In this document: piece after piece, positions 37,482-49,148 of the stretch | How the letters are laid out: the number at the start of each line of letters is the position of its first letter | Numbering within the stretch: position 1 is the first letter of the stretch | Assembly: GCA_951406725.2 (NCBI GenBank) | Contig: OX597835.1 | Coordinates: 50,406,001-50,470,000, forward strand | Reading direction: 5' to 3' | DNA from: Octopus vulgaris | Taxonomy: Eukaryota | Length of the DNA stretch: 64,000 bases | The notes under the pieces: generated by a model | What the model was told of the DNA's origin: nothing | The model's input: the letters and a program-made list of their open reading frames with translations, nothing else | Databases searched by the model: none | Position numbers and translations under genes: made by a program

Positions 37482-39122
37482 TTTATTGTCTTTGCTCAAC
37501 TTCTAATGCTGGAGATGTACTACAATGTCAGCTGTTCACTACCTGTGCACAAAGGTAACACCCCTTATTTTTTGAACACCATCTGGAGTATTCGAGCAGT
37601 TCCAAGCAGTGCTGTTTTCTGCAAGTGCTCCACTTTTATTGCAGCCCTTATTTGTTCCCTGTACTTCTCAAGATTTTTACTCGCTGTTCCCAGGGCTCTG
37701 ACAATTATTGGTACTACAGCCACTGTTTTCAGTGACCACAACTGCTTAACCTCCCAAGCTAACCTGTCATATCTGTCGACTTTTCTCTCTTCTTTATCGC
37801 ATACCTTGTTGTCAGCTGGGTATCCTATATCTATGATACAGCATCATTTGCTTTCTTTCTCAATTAAGACTAAGTCTGGTTTCCTATTCTCTATCTCATG
37901 GTCACACTTGTTAGAATACGACCGTACGCGAGGAGTTTCGGTGACATATTTCTTCTCTTGTTCAACAGCATCTGGCCGCATCCCAACATAACATAACATA
38001 ATGTTATATAATGTTATATATGCCATATTACATGTTTAATATACAGTGCCAAAGTAAATGTATAAAGGAACGCCAAAAACCGTTCTACTTTAGATAGATT
38101 TTATTTTTTAGATAGATTTTATTTTTTAGATAGATTTTATTTCACAGTGTACAAAGTGATGTGTTATATTTAGCGTAGTGTTGTGTCATGAATGCGTGTT
38201 CGTGTGTGCGACAAAAGTACAGAAATAAGGTTTATGCAAATACAACAGAGCATGAGAGAAGTCTCAACATTTTGAGTTTAAATGAAGTTACTTTAGAGTT
38301 ATTTTACCAGTTCATGTAGTACACGATAATGAGTTCTATACAAGATTTGAGTCTCAGAGCTGAGATTAGTTGAGTCACTTGTTGTGCATATTTTTCTCTT
38401 GATATAGATATTCTTTCAGATATATATACTGCAACTGTTTTTCCGTGGTGAGATTTTCACACTAACAGCATGAGTTGAATCTGTATTTATCTTGTTGTGT
38501 ACAAGTTGAAATCTTCGGAGATGCAGACGATGTTGTTGATGACGTTATGTCTATCGCTGGTTTACAATAGCGTCTTCATATTATGTTTTGCTTGGTTGTC
38601 GTCTGCCTTTCGAACCGGAACATGGTTGAGTAAGCTCTGTGTGGTTTCTGACCAAGACCTTAAAAGGTCTCAAGCCAAAAAGACGTGAATCGTGAGATGA
38701 TCAGCCTATTTAAAGAGTTAAGATGGCTCAAATGAAAAGTCCTGTCCGAAAGCCGTGATTGGTCAGTTTACACACTGGCTCGAGATAAGTAGAGAGACAG
38801 ACCGCGCTTAGATGCTAACCAATCAAAATAGTGGACACAACACGGTTAAACTAGCCAAAGATGTTTGTAATCTCAAACGAGATCATTCTTAATATTTTTC
38901 TCAAACAGTGAAGATAGCAATGAAGAAAACAATATTGCTACACACCGAATCATAAAATCTCGTAGGATCTTTGCATTGTCATTTTTGATGATGCCTTCGG
39001 GTATACGTTTGTACCACTTTTTTGCTCTGTCAAGTCCATACTTGTTGCAAAGTGTCCAATGGACAATCCTTGCTATATTGTCGTGATGTCTCTTATATTC
39101 TTCACAAATTCTGCACTTATCA
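37482..39122 (-). mobile_element. R4/Dong-like 3' fragment split by a solo LTR
   Basis: KCRICEEYKRHHDNIARIVHWTLC...DFMIRC (38943-39122) continues as CDHEIENRKPDLVLIEKE (37482-37908). Confidence 0.8.
37909..38942 (-). mobile_element. Probable solo LTR (1034 bp)
   Basis: TGTTAGAATA...TATTGCTACA termini (TG..CA, imperfect inverted repeat), 4-bp TSD CACT/CACC, precisely interrupts a LINE ORF; strand inferred from promoter and polyA-like motifs. Confidence 0.7.
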
Positions 39123-41002
39123 TTATTATTATTATTATTATTATTTATAATAATAATAATAACATGAACGTAGTGGATTGGTAGAATCATTCGAGTGTTA
39201 GTAAAGTGACTTGCAGTATTTGTTCCTGCTCTTTACTTTCTGGGCTCAAATCCTGCTGAGGTTAACTTTGACTTTCATTCCTCAGTGCTCGATGAATCAA
39301 TTAAATCTCTCGATCTATAATTGCTGACCTTTTGCCTAAATTAAGAGTCTTTGTTATTGTTTAGAACATGAATATACTTTTCTACTCTAGGCATAAGGCC
39401 CAAAATTTTTGGGGAAGGGGACCAGTCAATTAGATCGATTCCAGTATGCAACTGGTACTTAATTTATCGACCCTGAAAGGATGAAGGGCAAAGTCAACCT
39501 TAGCAGTATTTGAACTTAGAACATAAAGACAGACAAAATACTGCTAAGCTTTTCACCTGGCCTGCTAATGTTTCTGCCAGCTCACTGCCTTTTTAGAACA
39601 TAAATATAGAAGCATTGAAAGATATGCAAATAAACTTTGTATAAATGATGTTCCTTGAATACCGATCCACTCTCAAATGACAGCTCATAATACAAAGGAT
39701 TAAAAATCCCTTTGGTGGAAAAAAAATGCAGGAATTCCACCAGTGGAATTTGAACCCACATCTACTATAGCCCAGACACCTGTGTTACCACTGCACTAAA
39801 GTCACTCCATGACTTTGAAGCATCCAAATTAGATGGTTTAACCCTTTAACATTCAAACTAGCCATATCTGGCCTCTCACACCTATCCTATGATGACATTC
39901 TAAAAATAAAGCAATCACATCTCAAAGCTGTGGAGATAATTCATGATTGATTCAAAACAATATGAATAAATAGGGATTACATTTGATATGGTAAGCTGAA
40001 TGCTAAAGGGTTAGTCTTGCGGATGGGAAAGCAAATTTGTTTACATTTAGATTCTAATTATAGAAATATCAACAAATAGCTGGAACTATCACACTTCACT
40101 TAACATTTTTGACACCAGCATACCTGAGATCATCCTTTCGGTTTATGATACAAACCTCCAGTTTTAAAGTGACTGAAATTATAACCTTTCATTAAAATTT
40201 CTCATGTTAATTTATGCTCCAAACCCCAGCTTTAAAATGGCAAAATTGCTAAATGTTTCATTATTTTAAAATATTTATTGAAACAAAGGCAGTAATGAAA
40301 TATTTTGTGTTTAGGAATTTTGCTCACAGACAATATGTCGCTCTTGACTGAGTATAAACAGTTTGATTGCTGCCCCAATTTATCCTTTTGTTACCATATT
40401 TCTGTTGATATAAACCATCTTTGTTACAATTAATTTTGGAAATAATGGGAAATTTAACAAAATAACTTTGTTATTGTTAATCCTTTAGCATTCAGATTAC
40501 TCTGTAAAACGTGATGCTTATTTATTCACAATGGTTTGAATTAATTGTGCATTAGCTTGTGACTTTGAGAATTTGATGATGTGAGTGTTTAATTTTTAGA
40601 ATGACATTGTAGGGTAGGTGTGACAGGCCAGAGATGTCCAGTTTGAACATAAAACAGGTAAAATATTTTGGCCAGAATGCTAAAGGATTAAAGAGGCACA
40701 TGAAATGTAAATTGGAATGAAATTTTGATAGAATTTAGAACACATTAAAACAGAAAGTATTCTTCATGCATCCAGGAACAGTCATAGACAGGCTGGTATG
40801 AAAAAGGTTAACCCAGTGCTTTACAAAACATTTTCCATATTATTTTTCTTATATCCCAATTGAAGTTTGCTATGAATACAGTGCTGATTGATATTTTTTG
40901 CTTATTGTTTATTTTGTTGCTTTTTTGTTGTTTTTTAAATTATTATTTCTTTCATACCAATTCTTCCATTTCTTGTGTTTCCTCTGTTTGTCATACCATC
41001 AG

Positions 41003-41100
41003 AGTACTGAAAATTGTGAAGAATAAAAGTAATTCTGAAATGCAAGACACTCCTGTATTTAAGATTAACTACAAGAACTCTGGAGATGGCTGCCAGAAAG
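41003..41100 (+). CDS. VPS13: VPS13 exon 18
   Basis: accatcag|A...AAAG|gtaact; phase 2 to 1; VLKIVKNKSNSEMQDTPVFKINYKNSGDGCQK. Confidence 0.87.
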
Positions 41101-41698
41101 GTAACTGCTTCTTTAAGTTTATTTAGTTTCATTTCTAATTCCACCCCCACCCACCCACCCACTCACAAATACCGTTACAATAAATCATTGGTTAGTTTAT
41201 TTGTTTTGATTGTTAGTTTTGTGGATAAACAAGCAATCAACATTCTTTTGCCATCTGTATGGCACCTTGGACAAGTGTCTTCTGCATAATTCTGGACTGA
41301 GCAAAGCCTTATATGTAGATTTGACAAACGGAAACTGAAACAAGCCTGCCATTTGTGTATTGGGGGCTGCACACACACATGTCTCCTTGTCTGGCAATGT
41401 TTAATTTTCATACTCAGCTTTACTATAGAGCAGTGTTTCTCAATCATTTTTCATTTATGGACCCTCTTTCATTTCTATTTTACTCAGTAGGGCCCTCAGA
41501 GTTATTTGGTCCTTAAAAAATGCTATTATATTTTAATAATTAAATATTATTAGGAATTGTATTAAAAAATTAAAATATTTTGTGTATATTGTGGATCCCA
41601 CCAAGGGCCATATGGACCTCAGTTGAGAATTACTGATACACACACACACACACACACATACATATATCAGAAGGTTTGAAGGTGATGTACAGGTATTA

Positions 41699-42810
41699 TA
41701 TATTAGAAAAAATAAGGTACTCAGAAAATTGGTCCTTCGTCCAGTACAAATCATTACAGAAATAGTGATATTTCACCAGTCACAGCTATGTATGTATGTA
41801 TATATGTATATATAGTTTTCAAGAGGAATGAATATAAGGAACAATTCTTTACAAAAATGAAGATATTAGGATGGGCAATAATGTACAAGGGAAAGTGTCT
41901 TGTGAAGGAGCTCAATGAAACAGATATGCATACAAGTTCTTGTACACTGAGAGGACATTATTATACAGACTAGGCTAATAGTTTTTGATGGGTTTATAGG
42001 GAAGTTGCTGTGCTTTTCATATTTTCAGCCATTCAGTTTGGGGGAGAACTTTGTTATGAAATTCCATATATTTTCTGAAGAAGGTGTCATTCCTTGGGCA
42101 TTTATAGAAGGGAAAGATCTTGAATCTTCCTTGTCCACATGTTTCTAAGTGTTTACTCAGTGGAATCTTTCGCACTTCCTCCTGTTGGACATGTTGTCAG
42201 TGAATTCTAGCTCATTGGCATAAAGAATTTCCAGTTTCACCTATATAATTCTCCTTGCATGTGGGACAGATTATGCAGTATATTACGTTCTGCGTCTTGC
42301 AATTCATGTCTGCATTTACTTTAAATGTGTGACCACTCTTAAATTTTATTTGTTTGTTTCCCTCTATATATTTGGAGATGGGGTTACTGCAGACCCCATG
42401 GCTACCATCTCCACACTCTTTTACAAAGAATTTGTTTTAGTCTCTGATGAGAATTTCGCTCTTGTTAGTTGTTTCTTCTGGTTTTTGTCTTGGTGTTTAC
42501 TGTTTCCCATTTTGGGGCTTTGTAGGACTATTGTTAAGTTTGAATGTAACACACACACAAAAACACACACACTCTCTCTCACTTTCTCTCCATTCCTCAC
42601 CCTCTTTTACTATCCTATTTATCTCCCCACCCCTACACACTCAATAACACTATAAAAAGAGATGAATCCCTTCAAAAAATTGAAATCTGAAGAATCTACT
42701 AGAGTAGATGCAAGCTCTAATTTATATGATTTATAAAAACGTGACATATTAATAAAAATCTTTAAATGTACAACCATCCAGATTTCTGAGTACCTTATTT
42801 TTTCTAATAT
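41699..42810 (-). mobile_element. Penelope-like fragment (GIY-YIG endonuclease) with inverted termini
   Basis: About 42020-42330 on the minus strand: MNCKTQNVIYCIICPTCKENYIGETG; 41699-41727 is inverted at 42783-42810; decayed hammerhead at 42683-42723. Confidence 0.75.
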
Positions 42811-43821
42811 ACATACACATATACACACATACATGCATACAGACAGATAGACATTATAAGCTGCCAAACAGTTTCTGTACTGAGTTCACAGATACAAGGC
42901 CTTAGCCAACCCAAGGTGCCATGTAGTGGGACAGAACTCAAATCTACATGGCTGGAAAGTGAGCTTCTTAACTACACAGCCATGCCTGCCTCTATTGTTT
43001 CTCTTTCTTTTTCATTTTTATCTTTCTCTGAAGGTGTGTGGTGTAATAGTTTGGATTGAAGACCTAATGATGTTTAAGTTGTGAGTTTGATTCTCAGACC
43101 TTGCATTGTGTCCTTGAGCAAGACACTTTATTTCACCTTGCTCCAGTCCACTCAGCTGTCAAAAATGAGTTGTTCCTGTATTTCAAAGGGCCAGTATTGC
43201 CACATTCTGTGTTATGCTGCACGTTAATTTCATGAACAGGCTGAAATGGTTGTCATCATAACTGACAGGGTTCCTGCTATGCCCTCATTTACCATATATT
43301 ATGAATAGAAAAGGAAGGCTGGCAGAAGGACCAGGTCCAGTGCGGAATGGATGCCAAGACAACTGAATTTAACAGGCAATTTAGCCAGTTGCCAGCTGGC
43401 ACTGTCAAAACTAATATTGCAGGTCAGTTCAGCACAGTGCTGGATGGTGTCTTATCAATATCACTGAGGTAGTCCATGAGAGGGTAACATGGTGCACTGT
43501 ATAGCAACAAAAGGAGCTTAGGCAGGGCAAAGTAATTCCTCAAGAAGAAGAGCACCAGGTACGTATCAATGAGGCACAATCTCTGTCATCCGGGACAAAT
43601 CCATAAGCTTGATATCCACGTCCTCTGTTATTCGTTTTCAAGAGAACTGAAGAGCCAAGAATACAGATAGCATCCCTTGAGGGTATAGACCCAAAATAAG
43701 TGAAATGCTTCTAAATAGATAATATATTCCATATAGTAAAATGTAAATAAAACTGCTACAATTGATTGTAATATAAACATTTTAAAACCACAATTCAAAT
43801 GTAATAACAATACCGCCTGAC

Positions 43822-44007
43822 TGGGCACATAAAACCACCCACTACACTCTCAGAGTGGTTGGCATTAGGAAAGGCATCCAGCTGTAGAAATTCTGCCAGC
43901 TCAAGATTGGAGCTTGGTGCAGCCATCTGGTTCGCCAGCCCTCAGTCAAATCGTCCAACCCATGCTAGCATGGAAAGCAGATGTTAAACGATGATGATGA
44001 TGATGAT
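43822..44007 (+). mobile_element. SINE/RTE-tail family C copy; further copies near 30108-30350(-), 34215-34360(+), 50900-51106(-), 52838-53165(+), 55195-55385(-), 60427-60612(-)
   Basis: GTGGTTGGCRTTAGGAAGGGCATCCAGCTGTAGAAA...CCCATGCTAGCATGGAAA...GTTAAACGATGATG tail, dispersed. Confidence 0.75.
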
Positions 44008-44301
44008 GTGATAAGATCAGAATTCGATTCAATTTGAAAAGTAATGCTATCACATTCAGGTGAATACCAACTCAGGAAGCTTGTTTTAATTAGTTTACTT
44101 TGAAAACGTCATAAGTGATGGACCCTTCATGAAATTGCAGTGACTAGGATGCATGATTGCATACAGAACAATGTGCAGTTGCTGCAGTAGAAACATATGT
44201 TGGTCATTATTGTGTATACTGCTTTGGATGCAAATAAATCTCCACTCTCCTCATAGTTTTCAATTTTATATATATATATGTATATATATGTGTGTGTGTG
44301 T

Positions 44302-44895
44302 GTACTCAAATACCAGAGGTAGAGTAATATGCTTTATTTAAAAGAAGCAGAAATATAATGAAAGCTGTTACTCAGAGTTTCACGTTCCCATTCGTCGGAC
44401 AGTTTTGTTAAAAAAAAACATAACACCCTGCCAACAACTCTACCTATGAATATATAAACTGTATAAACTGTGGCTATGGGGATATGACTGCCTTCTATGT
44501 ATATTTCCTACTTAGTACTGGGGATGTTTCATTTATGAGGACATACTCCTGTATTTGTTTGAGTGTTGGGTCTTTCAGGTGCTTGGATAAAATATGGATG
44601 TTGAGTTGACCCAGTTTGCCTCCATGCTGGTAGAGTATGGAGGAATGGTTTTGTCGTCATATTGTCTCAAATGTTCATTTAGTCTCTCCACAATATACAG
44701 GATCTTGTGAGCAAATTATGAATTTGGTAGACAAAAATTGTGTGGAGGCCCTTGGTAAATCAGACAGGAATTTCTGCTTTACTAATGATGTAGCAATAAA
44801 GTCTAGTAAAGTGGTTAAGTTTGCTGTTAATACAGTTATCAGAGATTATAAATTACAATATTCTGAACATTGTGATGCATGCGAAAACTTTTAAT
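44302..44895 (-). mobile_element. Penelope-like 3' fragment with hammerhead
   Basis: Minus strand KDPTLKQIQEYVLINETSP resembles a GIY-YIG C-terminus; 44302-44402 is homologous to 54246-54346. Confidence 0.65.
44365..44402 (-). ncRNA. Minimal type I hammerhead ribozyme motif (U4C variant)
   Basis: Minus strand: CTGT-CCGACGA-ATG-GGAA-CGT-GAA-ACTC-T-GAGT-A-ACAG. Confidence 0.65.
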
Positions 44896-44987
44896 CAGTT
44901 CTTTATTCAATCCTGACTACCTTTATATATATATATATAAATAAATAAATTTACACACACATATATTTATTTTATTTATATTTACAG

Positions 44988-45259
44988 TGGACCTGTCACT
45001 GCGGAAACTACGTTTCCACATTTGTCCGACGTATTTGAACTCTCTTATACGCTTTCTCAGTGGTTCCATTGAAACAAGTTATACATCAACTGTGGATGGC
45101 ATGAACACTTCAAGCTTAGCAACTGCACAAGACTCAAAACCTTCTTTCTTGTTACCCACGGATGCATCTAACCTTACTGTGAGCTGCAAAATTGCAGATC
45201 CAGAAATTGTATTCTTTTCAAATCCAGAAAAACGGACTTGTCCTATTCTTGTTTTAAAG
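44988..45259 (+). CDS. VPS13: VPS13 exon 19
   Basis: atttacag|TG...AAG|gtaagt; phase 1 to 0; DLSLRKLRFHICPTYLNSLIRFL...LTVSCKIADPEIVFFSNPEKRTCPILVLK. Confidence 0.92.
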
Positions 45260-45759
45260 GTAAGTTCTACCTGTAATTGTTGTGACTAAGAGATATAGGA
45301 TGAGTGGCCATACTAGGCTTAGTGGCAGACAAGGCGTAAAGAAATGCTACACACAGTGAGAGAAAAAGAGGCATAGAGACTGACAGGGAAGAAGAAAGAG
45401 GTAAATGGTAGAGTAATTATGGGAGGACTTGAAATCTTGCAGAAATAGGTTTCTGATGGAGTAGATAGCAATTATATTGTTAAAATTCATAAAAGTAATA
45501 GCAATGTTTATTACAAATATATAAACAAGAAATTTGTTTTATTCTTTCATTTGTTTCAGTCATTTGACTGCAGCCATGCTGGAGCACTGCCTTGAACGGT
45601 TTTAGTTGAACAAATCGATCCCAGGGCTTATTTTTAAAGTCTAGTACTTATTCTATCGATCTCTTTTCCTGAAATGCTAAGTTATGGGGACATAAACACA
45701 CCAACACCAGTTGTCAAGTGTGATGGTTGGACAAACACAGACACAAAGATACATATCAA

Positions 45760-46640
45760 GTGATGAAAGTCGTGGAGAGGGTCATAACTAATTAGGGAGA
45801 ATGTTAGTTTAGAATAGATGCAGTTTGAGTTTGTGCCAGGGAGAAGCGTCACTTGTGCTATATTTCTGGTAAGACAGCTTCAGGAGAAATTCCTAGCCAA
45901 AGATAAACCTCTGTACATGGCTTTCGTTGACATGGAGAAAGCCTTTGACAGGGTTTCGCAATCCCTTATCTGATGTTCAATGTGGAAACTAGGGATAGAT
46001 GAGAGGTTTTGAGAGCTGCACAAACCGTGTACAGGGATGCTGTCAGTAAGGTGAGGGTTGGCAATGAGTACAGTGAAGAATTCAGGGTACAAGTAGGGGT
46101 TCAACAAGGGTCAGTCCTCAGCCCCTCTTGTTCATCATAGTCCTCCAGACGATAACAGAGGAATTCAAGACAGGCTGCCCCTAGGAGCTCCTCTATGCTG
46201 ATGACCTTGCTCTTATGACTGAATCACTACCAGAACTTGAGAAGAAGTTCCAGATATGGAAACAAGGTCTAGAATCAAAGGGCCTTAGAGTTAACCTAGT
46301 AAAAACCAAAGTCTTAGTAAGTAGGAAGGCAGACAAATCACAAATCCCTTCAGGTAGATGGCCCAGCTGAACCTGTAGAAAATGCATCAGTAGAAACTTC
46401 ATAAGATGTACCCAGTGTAAGCTATGGATACATAAGAGGTGCAGCAATATCAGAGGAAGGTCAACAGGGAAGATAGTTTTTGTGTGTGGAAGGTGCACAG
46501 GTACGATAAACACCAAAAATGTACAAAAAATAAATTCCATCACATGTCAGCAGGGAAAACTAGAAGTAGTTGATAGCTTCCGTTACCTAGGTGACCAAGT
46601 CAGTAGCAGGTGTAGATGCTGTGAGAGCTGCTAGAATAAG
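45760..46640 (+). mobile_element. RTE-like reverse transcriptase fragment with internal Cys/His finger
   Basis: QFEFVPGRS, AFVDMEKAFDRV, GVQQGSVLSP, LLYADDLAL, FRYLGD motifs; stops and frameshifts. Confidence 0.88.
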
Positions 46641-46716
46641 AATCTCTTCTGGGTTTTTGTTTTTGTTTTAAAACTACAAAGGTTACATGCTTGTGGAAGG
46701 AAGTATATTAATTTAA

Positions 46717-46877
46717 CCCCTTCCACAAGCATGTAACCTTCCTTTTTTAAAAAAACCCAAAAAACTCTGAAAATACTTATAATAATCCCATACATATCAT
46801 GGAAACTTCCCTATAAGTATTTTTAGATTTTTGTGGGTTTTTTTTAAAAAAGGAAGGTTACATGCTTGTGGAGGGGG
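46717..46877. mobile_element. Foldback MITE with arms of about 64 bp
   Basis: TTAA|CCCCTTCCACAAGCATGTAACCTTCC... inverted at 46812-46877; a third partial arm at about 46651-46700. Confidence 0.7.
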
Positions 46878-46879
46878 AG

Positions 46880-48805
46880 ATTCCTTCCTCTCTTTCATCC
46901 TGCCCTCCACTTATCCTGCACTATCTCCGACACCTCTGTCTCTTTTCTTGACATTTTGGTCAGCATTCATCACTCCACTCTTACCACCTCCATTCACTAC
47001 AAACACACAGACTCACACTCATATCTCAACTTCTCTTCCTCCCACCCCAAACACACCAAGCTTTCCATCCCTTATTCTCAATTCCTCCATCTACGCAGGC
47101 TCTGTAGTGACGACCATGACTTTGAGACTCAGTCTCAACTCATGGCTTGCCAATTCATCCTACGTGGATACCCCCTCACCACTATCCACACTGCCCTTGC
47201 CAGAGCACGTTCTGTAGGCCGTGCATCTGCTCTCTCCCCCCGAACCCGCCCTGTAGTCTCCCACCTCCCTTTTCCCCCCACTTACCACCCCACCACCCTA
47301 CCTCTCCAGCGCACCATTCTACAAGCTTTCCAGCATCTCCAGTCCGACCTGTCCACTTCACACCTCTTCCCTAACCGACCCCTCCCCTCCTTCAAATGAG
47401 CCCATAATCTACGAGACCTCTTGCTCCACAGCTTCTTCCCTGACCCTACCTCCCAACCTGGCTTGTTCCCCTGCTCCCACCCACACTGCCGCACTTGCTT
47501 TTACCTCTCCAACACCACTCTCCTCACCGGCACCCATCATCGACCCTATCGCATCATCAACTCCTTCACCTGCACCTCCAGCAATATCATCTATTGCATC
47601 TCCTGCTCTCTCTGCCATTCCCTGTACATCGGTCAAACGGGACGCCACTTGGCTGACCGGTTCGTGGAACACCTCTGAGACATCTGCCTCGGCTATGACA
47701 CCCCAGTCTCACGCCATTTCCGCTCCACCGGTCACTCCTTGCAACACCTGTCTGTGTTCGGATTGTCCTTGCACAGAGGCCATCCAGACTCCCGCTTGCG
47801 CCATGAACAGGGATTAATCTTCTCACTTTGCTCTTTTACATCATTTGGGCTCAACTCTCCTCCCCTTTTCATCTAACCTCCTCCCCAACTCCTACTTCTC
47901 TTCACTCCTACATCTTTTCACCCCTACTCTCTTTCCCTCTTTTCCCTCTACTCTCTTTCCCTCTTCTCCCCTACTCTCTTTCTCTCTGCTCCCTCACTCT
48001 CCTTCTCTTCACTGCTACTTCTCTTCACCCCTACTGTCTTTCTCTCTTGTCTCTTACTCTCCTCTCCTCTCTCTTCTCTCCTCCTCTCTCTCCTCACATA
48101 CCCACCTTCCCCTCCCCCATAAACCCACCCACCCACCTTTACTTCACCTTCCCTATCCTTCCCCCACCCTATCCCCCACCCCTCCCCCACATACCTCCCC
48201 TCCTCCACATACCTCACCTCTAACCCCACCCTCTGCCTACCCACAACCCCTACTCTACCCAACCCCCAGTCGAACCCACACCCCACCCTCTGCCTACCCA
48301 CAACCCCTACTCTACCCAACCCCCAGTCGAACCCACACCCCACCTGTGCTTTTCCCACTCTCGCCTCCCCACCTCCCCACACCACACTACACTACACCAT
48401 ACAACATTACACATCACATTACAACACACCACCCACACACCCATCCCCACATCTTCACACCCACACATACATACACACACACGTCCAGACCACCAGCACA
48501 TACATACTCTCTTTACACACAAGCACCTTTGTGTTGGGGGCTCCTTCGAGTTGGCGGTCATCTTGACCTTGTTATCTCCCCTACTTTCCGTCTGACCATT
48601 CTGTCCAAGTCAGACGCCATGATAGATCGTTAGCTACTACACACATTTTTTTCTCTCCTTGTTTGTTTCTGTGTACCTTTCTGTAGAAGAGCGTAGGCTC
48701 GAAACGTAAAAGACTTTTTCTATTCCTGAGCGCTATACTAATACGCCTCTTTGTTTGTACACCACTTGCCTTTGTCTTTTGTTTATTTTCGTAAACTTTC
48801 CCTTT
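46880..48805 (+). mobile_element. 5'-truncated Penelope-like element (RT thumb, Cys linker, GIY-YIG, pyrimidine-rich tail, hammerhead terminus)
   Basis: SVSFLDILV...YKHTDSHSYLNFSSSHP...SIPYSQFLHLRRLCS; CSHPHCRTC; FTCTSSNIIYCISCSLCHSLYIGQTGRHLADRFVEH. Confidence 0.9.
48677..48712 (+). ncRNA. Minimal hammerhead-like motif at Penelope terminus (variant core)
   Basis: CTTT-CTGTAGA-A-GAGC-GTAG-GCTC-GAA-ACGT-A-AAAG; a decayed sister copy at about 10335-10448. Confidence 0.55.
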
Positions 48806-49031
48806 ATATATGTATATATACAAAGCTTCTTACCACACAGCCATGTTTTATTTAATAAAATTTTTTTTTTTACTGAATATTTTAAGGATACTGTCAATCT
48901 ATTGTCTTACTGAGAAAAACCCCTAAAAACCATTGAACACTCATTTTTGTCTTCAATAAATTAGTTGTGTCTAAGTAAAGAAAGAAGAAGCTAATTCTTT
49001 ATTACTTGTTCTTTGATGTTGTTTATTCCAG

Positions 49032-49148
49032 GCTGGTATGAGGATTGATTATTTCTATTTTAACTTACGTGAAGAAATTCAAGTGGATATACAGAAAATG
49101 CAGTTAATATCTTGCTATTATGGTCAATTTGATGATAGTTCTAACAAG
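49032..49148 (+). CDS. VPS13: VPS13 exon 20
   Basis: tattccag|GCT...AAG|gtaaga; phase 0 to 0; AGMRIDYFYFNLREEIQVDIQKMQLISCYYGQFDDSSNK. Confidence 0.88.

Noticed and set aside
37422-37991. 189-aa plus-strand ORF
   Set aside because: Antisense read-through of a SINE, an R4-like fragment and the LTR edge.
39735-39808. tRNA-like sequence on the minus strand with A and B boxes
   Set aside because: The acceptor and anticodon stems do not pair convincingly; more likely a SINE head or pseudo-tRNA. tRNAscan-SE would settle it.
47845-48633. 262-aa Pro/Ser/His-rich ORF, the longest in the track
   Set aside because: It stays open only because the C/T-skewed Penelope tail lacks stop codons; it has no domain signature.
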